From: Paragordius varius
Taxonomy: Eukaryota; Animalia; Nematomorpha
Reading direction: 5' to 3'
Length of the DNA: 64,000 bases
Assembly: GCA_964247055.1 (NCBI GenBank)
Contig: OZ176053.1
Span: forward strand, 12,338,001-12,402,000
A program made the translations under genes and the position numbers. The number at the start of each line of letters is the position of its first letter. Positions within the stretch are counted from its first letter, which is position 1. Shown here piece after piece: positions 52,909 through 64,000 of the stretch. The notes beneath the pieces are model-generated. The model ran no database searches. It had not been told where the DNA came from and saw nothing but the letters and a program-made list of their open reading frames with translations.

Positions 52909-55137
52909 CAGTGGTACTCACCAAAAAAATTTGACGGGCCAAATAAAATATATTTTTTCGATGGCCATGAACCTTATAATGGCAATTATTCCATAGCTAT
53001 TTGACACATATGCACATATTTATACTCAGCACGAAGAATATTTTGTGGATCGCATGAAATCCAGCTGAAAACTTGTTTTGCACCATCTAATTTAAATTAA
53101 AATATTTTGCTATCAACATTTATTTTCATATTAATTAATAATTTTTGGCGAAATTGGTTTCTCACACAGGCCATTCTTAATAAGTCATCCATATGTCTGT
53201 CTGTATTCTTGACATACTTCATTTTTGAATATGCCGTCTTACACGTGTAAGTTGAAGGAAAAACAGTTAGGATAACTTGAGCGCATCTTTTATATCTTCA
53301 TATTTATGGCACATATTGGCAAAACTCTGCATTTCTTTTTCTCCACGATTTCCCTAGAATATAGCCTCTAAATTGGAATCATTTTTAAAATCTACGGATT
53401 CAATGATATGCGCCTGATCAAACCGAAGTGCTTAAATTGCTTAATATTGATATATCCATATGCCATAAATTTTCGAGTTTTAAGCATTTTTTAATATTTC
53501 TTAATTCTTGAAATTTGAATTTCGTCTCATTGGATAAAAATGTTAAATGATTGTCTATTATTAACCGTGGTAAATTCCATATTTTCTTTATGAATCGTTT
53601 TAATTTTATGAGTAATGTCACAAAGGTAGGCTAATAAAACCCACCATTCGTCACTATCTTCCTCGTCAAACTTTCTGTTATCTTTTATAAATAATATAAT
53701 TTCATGTCTTAAAACAAAAAATCTGTTTAATAGCCATCTCACAGCGGTGTACAAACGAATATCAAACTGACTGTGGATCTTTCAGAAGGTTTTTGAATTT
53801 ACGGCGGTTGAATTTGCCACAGATGTGATTAGCTATATCCACAACCGTTTTAATTACTGTGATGGATTCATCTTTTACACGCGTAACCAAATTTCGTTGA
53901 TGAATAAAGCAGTAAAAGGAAATATTTTGATTATATTTGTTTTTCGAAAGAACTTTGTTTATTCCAATCATAGAGGGACAACCATCTGTGCAGATCTAAA
54001 CCATTTTTTTCAAAGATATACCATTATTAATAAAAAAAGTGCTAATTATTTCGAAAAAATCACTTCCTTTCGTGGTATTATTCATTAGTAAAATTTTTAA
54101 ATATTCCTCGCTGATTATGTTGTTGTAAAATCTCAAAGCACATAAAGTTGTTGAACTAATATTGCTAGAATCAATAGCAATACTACTATATTTGCACTTT
54201 TTCAGAACAAATGTTTTGTAAAAAATATATTTAGACATATCTTCAATGCTTGAAGCACATGTTGAATCAGAAAGTTAAAGTTGTTTTTGCCTCATGATAT
54301 GATCTTTATTATGGAATTTATCAAATCAAAAAGTGCAATTATTTATTAGACATTCTTTTTAGTTGGAAATCTGTAAACGGTTTTATATATTTTCCTAAAA
54401 TATAGCAAATTTAATACGAAGCTAATGTTACAGCTTTTTCCTGGGATAAAGCTATGGACATAATAGATTTTTCTTTTTGGTATAATTCCTTAATCTTTTT
54501 ATATTTTTCGTTTCTTTCCTCATGATTTTCTGGTATTTTACGAGAATGATGGATTGTAAAATGTGTTTCAATTTAAAATTATGTTGTCCTTACATACAAG
54601 GGAGGTAACAACATTTTTATTTTAAACGACAAAAAATTTATCTTCTTATTCTTTTAGCTTATACACGTTTTTTAGCATTAGATGTCATCCTTCAATTTAT
54701 GTGTAAATATTATGCAAATATTTTCAAAAAAATAAGAATATGTTTTCACTTATGCAATAAAAAAACAGGTCGAAATTTAATGAATGAGAATGAGTTCGGA
54801 TAGCAATGAAAAGAATATGTATATGCAAGTTTGGATGAAAGGCTTGCTTAAATACGATGGAATGCAATAAAAATTTCAAATAGAAAAGAAAATAATATAC
54901 AGAAACAACGTGTGCCAAAATTTTGAAATCATTTTAATGTAGGCAATTTTTTCTAATTTTGGGTAAAAAAAATTAACAAAATTTTATCTAAAGAAAATAA
55001 ATTAATATTAAAATAAGCGAATATGTTTATGTGTAATTTAAAAATTCTTCTAATAAAAAAATAAGTATCAATATGGCCATAGGGCAATTTTAAAGCACTC
55101 TTTGGGCCGCATGCGGCCCGCGGTTTGAGTATCACTG
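52909..55137 (-). mobile_element. hAT DNA transposon (Buster/Charlie/SPIN-like) with decayed transposase
   Basis: TIRs CAGTGGTACTCA / TGAGTATCACTG, TSD-like CCCTAAAT / GCCTAAAA, subterminal GGGCCGCATGCGGCCCGCG. Minus-strand remnants CFIHQRNLV and TAVRWLLNRFFVLRHEIILF. Confidence 0.85.
53130..54700 (-). pseudogene. Fragmented hAT transposase
   Basis: Short ORFs 53996-54238, 53762-53971, 53527-53754 and 53418-53621 in shifting frames carry successive hAT transposase motifs (SIAIDSS, CFIHQ, VRWL). Boundaries are approximate. Confidence 0.75.
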
Positions 55138-55768
55138 GCCTAAAATATTCAAATTTTAAATAACTCTTGGATATAAAATACTACAAAAGGTAATGTAGTA
55201 TTAAATTGCCAATCCTAAAGGCATATAAATGTATATGATGATTAGATAATGTAAGTAATAACTTTTAAAAGCTTTTTTCGTTCCATTTTACCAGCAAAAA
55301 CTTAATATTTATTGATTTTAAAATCAGCTTAGTTAACTCTGTTTAGAACTGTCTCAATTTTAGATTCTAAAAGTCACAATGAAAAAATACATGCATTTTT
55401 ATCTTATACGGGAACATTATGCTTGTTAATAAATTTTAAGACTTTAAAACAGTAGCCTATTTACAAAATTGAGCCCTGGGATAAAACCTACCCAAATAAG
55501 TCATCGCCAAAAAAAGTGATAAGATCATAGTGTTAAATACATATATTGAACTATATTATATCAGTAGATTTTATCAAAAATTTTAATGAACATGACATCG
55601 CTAGCTTAGCGGATTTTTCAATTTCAACAATTATAAATATTTTATAAACTTTTATAGCCTAAAACAATCAGGAGCCTGACCTATTATCAGAAATTATTCT
55701 AGCATATTAAAATCCCTTGATTCAACCTTTAAGTTTTTTCTTGGCGTTTTTTTCTTATTATTACTCTG

Positions 55769-56046
55769 CAGGGGTGTTCAACACAAATGGCTTCGAGGGC
55801 CACGTTTTAACTAAAAATTTGGGCGGGCCGCATTTGAAATATACATTGGCATGATAAATATTTTATTAGATTTCAGACACAAGACTGTAAAATGCAAACA
55901 CAATTTAACAAGTTTTCAATTTGTTGTTAATACAGACGTATTCTAAGAATTTGTTTATAAAATATCAATTGTTCTTTTGTAAGCATATTTTTGCAATCAT
56001 AAATTCCCAAACTTTTCGCGGTCCGTACATATTGCATGGGACAACA
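55769..56046. mobile_element. hAT-type MITE, same family as 27583-27831
   Basis: CAGGGGTGTTCAACACAAATGGC start and a shared internal AGACTGTARAATGCAAACAC. The right end is eroded. Confidence 0.65.
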
Positions 56047-59000
56047 TTTTTGCAAAATATCGTTTTTAATTATAACTCTAACAATATCACATCTTAATTA
56101 ATCTTAAACAGAATATGTGGTTTATTTTGCATTATTATTATATTTAGATAATGTCCACTGTCATTAAGGGTCTCATAAAATAAATAATAGATTTTTTGAA
56201 TAAATCTAACATTTTGGTTAATAAATGTTATATAAGTGATTTCCACCTGGTTCAATTTTATTCCGTTTTGAAATATTTGATCGAAAACAGTCATGATATC
56301 GCTAGTTATCGGACTGAAATGAATGTGGCTCCTTAATAGATAAACTAGATTTTAAAGGAGCTCATTAGTAGGCGCTATTTATTTTAAAGCTCAATGAGGG
56401 GGATGTAATTAAAGAAGGCTTTACTATATAACATGATTAAAAGAAAGGTCTTTTTTACATTTTATTATAATTTAAATTATATCTCTCAATTTTGTGCTAA
56501 AATTATATATTTCACCTGTTTTATAGAGTAAGAATGGTTGAAATGAAGCAGATTTAAGAAATGAATATTATAAATATTGATCTTAAACAGTCGTTTGCAC
56601 ATAATATTATGAACTAAAAAATCAACCTTAAACGTATGTTCAATATTTTTAGTTAAAAGTTATAAAAATTGAGGATAGAAACAAACTACTACTATTTTTC
56701 TTTGAGATAGAATAACAAATTAAATATAAAAATTTATTATTTAAAGATACTTATCGCTTAGAAAATTTTGATTTGCGTCTTGCCTTTTTAAATAAAAGAC
56801 TAATATCATCTTTAATCGGTTTTCCCTCAATTTTTGCCATAATTTTTTTATATTCGATTTTGTTCTTGGCTGATTTGGAATCGTTGTTCTGCAAAAATAT
56901 TTATTTATATTATACACTATGCATTCACCATTATTAAGCAAAAATGTTATGCATATAATATATTAAAATATGAAAATTTAATATTTTAAAAATTATAAAC
57001 ATTAAAAAATTACTTTTAATATGTTTTGATTGAGCTTTTGATTCAATTTTATCCAACCTTGATAATCATTTGAAGCAGGCAGACCTTTTTTTCTTTTTGT
57101 GTTCTTACTGTTAGTGATAATTTTGTGATAAAATATTTCTTCTTCTGGTTCGTTCAAAGACATGCCGTTTTATACCTACACATTCTCACATGGTTATTTA
57201 ATATTTTTGATTATAATTATATAATATTGAATTATAAAACCTATATTTTGGTTTTAAATGACTGCAAACAAAATTTTTTATCTATGGTTTTTGATCGTGT
57301 TAATTATATATACTATTAGTTGAGTAGGTTGTGTAGGGGAAATATATAAATTGAATTATAAATAATGTCTGTTTTATATAAATTATCAAAACGTAAGTTT
57401 TATAAATATAATCAAGAAAAATTAAATTTTAATGTTTTAATTATCCACTTTCTTTGGAAGAATTGCTAGCCTAGTTATAAAATTACAAAATATTTATCCG
57501 ATAAATTAACTAAACGTAATTTTTATACATATAATCAAGAAAAATTAAATTTTACTATCTTAATTAGCTATTTTCTTTAATTTGTTTTGCAAACGCATTA
57601 TTGAAAATTATATTTTATAAGAGTTTTTGGGGATTATAGTTTTGAGAAAGCTGTTGCGACTTTTGTGACAACTTTTCTTAATCAGAAGATGGCAAAATTC
57701 GGCTAAATATTTTTTTGCCATAAGGCAAATGTTTTCTTATTTAACTTTTTGATTCAAATTAGATATCCAAATAACCCCCGACAAATTGGCTATTTTCAGA
57801 TAACTACTGAAAAAACGGTTCCAATTTAAATTTATCCTTCTGTCCTAAAAAAATATATATAAATAATCCAAAAACTTTAGTTTTGGGAAAAAAATTCCGT
57901 ATCAAACTACTTTGACATTTTTGCAAAATCGTGTTAATTCGATTCCAAGCATAGAAATAAGTTTACTATTTTAGTAAAATAACATTTAACATATGACCAG
58001 AAAGTGGTATATTTTAAATAATTTTTATATTTAGTTAATGCACATTTCATGTTGGCTTAATTACAATTGGGTTTTACCTCTGAATAAGTATTATCAAGTA
58101 ATTTTGAAATATTATATTATATTTCGGCTCATTATTATATAAAGGCAAACTTTTGCCATGGCTTCAATTTATTCCACAATTATATAAATTTCAACAAACA
58201 TCGGTACTCCAATTCGAATCGAAGGACCGAAATGAATGCGTTCTATCCAAGTGTAATATCACTATTTTATTATAAACTCTCAGTACGCACAAAAAATATC
58301 CTGATGACTATATTGAAAAATGTATCAGGTTTCGCATACATTTTTAGAATTACGACTGATTAAAAAAAATAAAAAAAGCAAATCATAATATTTATAATAT
58401 TTTTATTTCATGATGGGGGTATGCCTTTCTCCACTAAAATGGACTAATTCTCTTTAAAAAACGTTATGCCGAGATTGCGCAGCCAGATTTAACACTCCAT
58501 TTTGGTGTGGTTTTATATCACACCATTTTAAATTTGAATATTCTATAAAGTATTAAGGCAATGAAGCCGAATTTAAATATATGCTTTCTTAACCTTTTAG
58601 GCATACTATATAAAAAATTTGAAAAAGATGATTGTAAAAAAACCCTCATATCAAACTTTTTACCGCCATTTTTTCTATAATTTTTTTTATATGCTAATCC
58701 AATAGGAAAATGTATATTATGGTTAAAAAATGTAAATAACTTAAACAAGTTTTCAGACTACATTTAACCAGCAAAAACTAGATATATTATGATCTTAATA
58801 TCAGGTTTCGTTTCAATGTAGTTTTGGACTGTCCCAATTTTAGACTCTAGTCACAAAACTGTAATTAATATGACCTTTTTGGTCTAACACATGGTAACAA
58901 TATTTGAGAATTTTTTAATTGACATAACTTTTAGAACTGCAGTTTCTTTCCAAAATTGAGCTCTGGGATATAAAACTACCCAAATGTGTAAACTAGGACA

Positions 59001-60488
59001 AATGTGAAAAGGTAATGAAGTGTTAATATGCTAGTTTAAAGCATCAAAAAAATTAAAAGCACAGTTTTGTTAAAAAATTTAGGCGTATTTCTTGGTATTT
59101 TGAAGCATAGGAAAATGATATGAAAACCTTATAAATTATGAAGACATTTACACTTCCAGACCCCTTCACCTTTTTGTCAGCTGACATAATGGGGTAGTTT
59201 TTAAATCAACTACTGCTTTCAATTATTTTAGTTAAAATATAATTATCAAACATTTTTTGTAAAACGGGCTTTACAACATAGATTATTTAACTAATTTGTA
59301 ATAGCCCTAGTTAAAAAGTATCTAAATATAAATAACAAAATATTAGAGGTGTTTTCTTTATATTTAAACTTAATTTTCGTTAATAAGGTATTTCGATTTC
59401 GCCGAATTACAAATGTCTACCCCCTATAATACATTTTTAACGCAGTAATATTAGGCTGCAATTATATGTGAAATTGTTTTGGATAAATAATTAATATCAA
59501 TTATATAATTTTATTTTAAATTATGCGTATCTACTAAATAAATATAGCTCGAACTTCCTTCAATTGAAAAGCCGCTGATTTTTATGAATAATCCATATGT
59601 TGTTAAAAGAAGCATTTATTGACACAATTTTTCAGCTATACGACAAAATAATAAATATTTAGCCACTAGAAGTTACACAAGATATTTTTTGAATTATTAC
59701 AAATTACTAACTATATAAATAATGCGTTTAAAAACCGTAGAATTTATTTGAATATTGTGTTATATCATCGGTACTTTTTAGGATGTTTGAATAAATATGT
59801 TTTGCGGATAATTATTTCGTAAAAGTAATAGAGCTAGGGTTACCGCACGCGGTCGGCAGGCCTCCTGTCGCTCTCCGCTATTGCCCGGGCTACATTCCAA
59901 AAACTACGAAATCTATGCATGATACATTTTTATAATAACATTGTGTCTTTTACTGCCGATTTATTGTTATTTACATTCATTACTAATAGATTAAATTTCA
60001 TGAACACCATCAATAATAATTCGTTACAAGATGTTCAATTTTTTTAAATGCTTTCAAAAACAGTGAATATAGACCACATTATTTCCGTTTTTTAAAAAAC
60101 GGTTTGTTGTCTTATTTATAAATAAATGGATGAAATTAACTGTATATTCCTTCGCATCCACCATGCATTAAATATTTTCGAAGAACACCGCCTAGATTAC
60201 CATCTATATTAAAAATTATATAAATTTCATCAGTTTAAATATGTAGACTTTATTGAAACTAAATCTTGACGATTTCAAAAATTTGGGCAACGAAATAGTC
60301 AGCTTTTATATGGTGAAATTAATAATATTATAGCCAAATATGTTTGATAATTTATTCATCTGCGATTTCGCTCATGTTTAAAAATACTAAAGGGATCCAA
60401 TTTTTTGGCGTAAGTTAAATAATGTTTATAAATTCATTTAATGGAAATAAAAACTAACCGTTTTGTATGTGGCTGAAATTCTAATTAA

Positions 60489-61798
60489 TCTATATATTTA
60501 TAAAAATGGAAAATGCTGGCTTTGTGATCTGGTACAGGAAAACCGGTAGACCCAATCAAATCCAAATATCGAAAAAATATAATCATTAATAAATGTCCCG
60601 ACAATAGCTTCGCCCTTTTTTTGAAATAGGCCCCCAGTTCGGGCCCACCCCGTATGAAAAACGGGTTTTTTTTGAAAACAGAAGTCCACAAAATCGTGTT
60701 TTTGAGATAATTTTCCGGAGAACGTGTTGGACCATTCAATTTCAAATATGAATTTTGTTTACTTATTTTCGATTGCGCCGAACATAGTCGAGCCACTTTT
60801 TTGATTTAGGCCCTCTTTTTACCCGCTCCCCCCGTAAAATGCCATTTTTTTCAAAAAAAACAAAGTCCACAAAAATACTTTTTTGATTGTATTTTTTTGT
60901 CCACGGTATGAGACTGTAAAAATTCGAGAAAGATTTTTCGTATTGCCTGTTAAAAGGCAAAAATTTTAGTCAAGCGTTTCTTTGATGATAGCTGCTGAGT
61001 AAGGATTATCTATCATATGTATAGCATGTTAAAAGATATATGGATATTAATACATTATTTATCCTCATCTATATATTTATAAAAATGGAAAATGCTGGCT
61101 TTGTGATCTGGTACAGGAAAACCGGTAGACCCAATCAAATCCAAATATCGAAAAAATATAATCATTAATAAATGTCCCGACAATAGCTTCGCCCTTTTTT
61201 TGAAATAGGCCCCCAGTTCGGGCCCACCCCGTATGAAAAACGGGTTTTTTTTGAAAACAGAAGTCCACAAAATCGTGTTTTTGAGACAATTTTCCGGAGA
61301 ACGTGTTGGATCATTCAATTTCAAATATGAATTTTGTTTACTTATTTTCGATTGCGCCGAACATAGTCGAGCCACTTTTTTGATTTAGGCCCTCTTTTTA
61401 CCCGCTCCCCCCGTAAAATGCCATTTTTTTCAAAAAAAACAAAGTCCACAAAAATATTTTTTTGATTGTATTTTTTTGTCCACGGTATGAGACTGTAAAA
61501 ATTCGAGAAAGATTTTTCGTATTGCCTGTTAAAAGGCAAAAATTTTAGTCAAGCGTTTCTTTGATGATAGCTGCTGAGTAAGGAGTATCTATCATATGTA
61601 TAGCATGTTAAAAGATATATGGATATTAAAACATTATTTATGGTAATCTATATATTTATAAAAATGGAAAATGCTGGCTTTGTGATCTACAGGAAAAACG
61701 GTACACCCATTCAAATCCAAACTTCGAACCCCCCCCCCCCCCCCCCAGAAGTCCGAAGGACTTCCTCGGGCTGCGTAGCAGCACGAGATTCACGCTAG
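60489..61798 (+). mobile_element. Second copy of the non-autonomous Helitron-like family (2 x 579 bp + 152 bp)
   Basis: A|TCTATATATTTATAAAAATGG at 60489, 61068 and 61647. The 3' end (GAAGTCCGAAGGACTTC, CTCGGGCTGCGTAGCAGCACGAG, ATTCACG, CTAG|T) is identical to copy 1. Confidence 0.85.
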
Positions 61799-64000
61799 TA
61801 TTAAATAAAATTATTTATCATAATGTTTTTCCATGTACCCGAGTATCTATACAATGATTAAATAAAAAAACATTAATGACTATTTAAGCTTTATTTGTAT
61901 CTAGATTTATTATGTTCCCATAAATTTATAATCCATAAAAATATCCTAATTTATGTATATTTAGCAACAAAAAGATTGTTGAATAAGTTTTTGCCGTGAG
62001 CTTATATAAGATTCGTTTGTTTTTAGTTTTAACCATTACAATCAAGCGATTAATATTTTCAATTTTTTGAAATATTTATTTAATCCATATTTTTATGTTT
62101 TTCATTTAACATGTGTAGAGTAGCCATTAACCTAAGTAACGATAAAATAATTTCGTTCCACATTGGGTAACTGCTTATCCCACGCCAAATTATAATAATT
62201 GAAAAATTAGTAAAGGCGCTCCCAATTTCATTCTACATTTTTAATGAAAATGTTATAAATCAGAAAAAAATTTCGCTATAAAGGTATCACTTTTTACCGT
62301 TTGAGATAGATTTTACCCTAGAGCAAATCCAAATTAAAAATAATATAATACGAGGCCAAATTTATAAACATGGTAGGAGTCGAATTTTTTCAAAAAAACC
62401 AAAAATTAAATTGAATTAACTATTTTTTGCCGCCAATTTTTTCGATCTTTTTTAATTAAAATTTTGCCTTCTGGTTACATAGAATATCAATGTCAGATAA
62501 GGTGCTCAATCTTACATTTAGAATCAATGTCATGTAAGGACAAAATTTAAAATTAGCTTCAATATATTCTTAAATAATTTCAGATTGTAAATGGGGTCTT
62601 CAATCACCCCATTTTTAATTATGAAAGACATGTTACAAAAGTGTTGGAAGAAATTGGGATGTAACAACGGTTTGCGTTTGATATTGGCTATTATTGATTT
62701 TTTATGCCTTAAACTTAATTGAATCAAACTTCTTTAAATATATTATAATTTACAGTAGCGTATGGCATAAAACAATATTATTCCATAAAAGAATAAAAAA
62801 ATGTTTTTTTCAAAAAACATGGGGATATTTATGGAAATGTGTATATACAACTAGGCTTATTTTTTTAAAAAAATATTTTTTTATTCTTTTATAGTCTAAT
62901 AATGTTTTATGCCATACGATACTGTATATTTGCTCGATGTAATCCAAATCATAAAAAATCGTGAATAATTATAAACATTTTACTCGTTTAATACTTTAAG
63001 ATTATCCATATCTTTGAATTAAAAACTGCACTTTTTCATTTGCAAAAAAAATAGTTCGAAAACGAATATATATTCAAAAACAGTATTTTAACCTTCATAA
63101 GCTTCAGTTTACCTTTAAATTTTTCAAAATATCCCTTTTGTATTTAAATTGCTGAGTGATTAAAAATGCTTTCATAAAAAATGTATTTTAAAATGAAAAT
63201 CATAAACAAAGGGTTCGACGTTAAGTAAATACATATGTTTCTGAAAAACACCTAGGAGTAATTGATTTATGAAATTATTTTTTTGGAAAGCCATAAATAT
63301 TCATTTACAATTGTTTCATTACAGAAAAAACCAAGCAAATAAACCGTTAAAAGTATAAAAGACTATAATTTTTATAATAACATTTCATGACCTTTTGGGG
63401 TATTTTTATACCGCTTAAACAATTAAAATTTAATTATTTCAAAAAACATTATTATTGGGCCATATTTATAAATATGCTTTCTTTAGCCTTTTAGGCGCAT
63501 GATACCAATTCTTTTTTTAAATTGCAATATTATAAAACATTGTCTCAAACTTTTCCGCCGCCATTTATTTGGATTTTACTGGATCGCTAATTCGACAAAC
63601 AATTAACTTTGGAAAATTTTTAAATAACATTTTATCAGCATAGATTTTAATATCAGCGGTTTCGAATTCGGGACCATAGAAGTTAATAAACTGTAAAAAT
63701 TATGGTTTGTTATCCAATAGAGGAGAAAGGGTTAGAAAATAAATTATATTGAAACAACTTTTAACGGATGAGTAGTTTGTTTACGGCTTTAATGTCATAA
63801 TTTACTAAAAATGAAAACATAATGAAATGTTAAGAATGGCATTTTTAAATTGATTTTATTTAATAGAACCAATTGTTTTGATCGCAAAACCGGATAAAAA
63901 TATTAATTGTTCAAACATTTTCAATAAATATTGTGTTAGAAAAGGATAATAAATATAGCTAAAAATTAATTGATAAATAGCTTTTTAGGTCCTTTTCAAC

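Noticed and set aside
62530-62727. 65-aa minus-strand ORF with slightly higher complexity
   Set aside because: No homology that I recognise and no supporting neighbouring exons.

Overview
AT-rich genomic DNA from an animal, probably a protostome (the E75 DNA-binding domain is arthropod/lophotrochozoan-like); I cannot identify the species. I reconstructed eight protein-coding genes by hand: PSMA1 (-), BUB3 (+), an E75/NR1D nuclear receptor (+), myotrophin (+), a monofunctional PHM (+), a KH-Tudor AKAP1-like gene (-), GLTP (+) and DNA2 (-). PSMA1 and myotrophin are essentially invisible in the ORF track because their exons are short. The most striking feature is a class of ultra-short GT-AG introns: four of exactly 22 nt (all three myotrophin introns plus BUB3 intron 1) and others of 24-36 nt. 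These sit alongside kb-sized introns that contain transposons. Five of the six introns of 25 nt or less have an A at position -7, and the sixth has one at -8. The second notable system is a non-autonomous Helitron-like family with A|TC...CTAG|T ends and a double 3' hairpin. Its two copies are tandemly amplified with the 5' terminus included in each unit: 3x1058-bp dimeric units in one, and 2x579-bp units plus a 152-bp mini-element in the other. The rest is a decayed RTE LINE, a decayed hAT (Buster/Charlie-like) element, a Chapaev3-like element, several MITEs, a tRNA-derived SINE-like insert and microsatellites. All exon calls are manual and lack transcript support.
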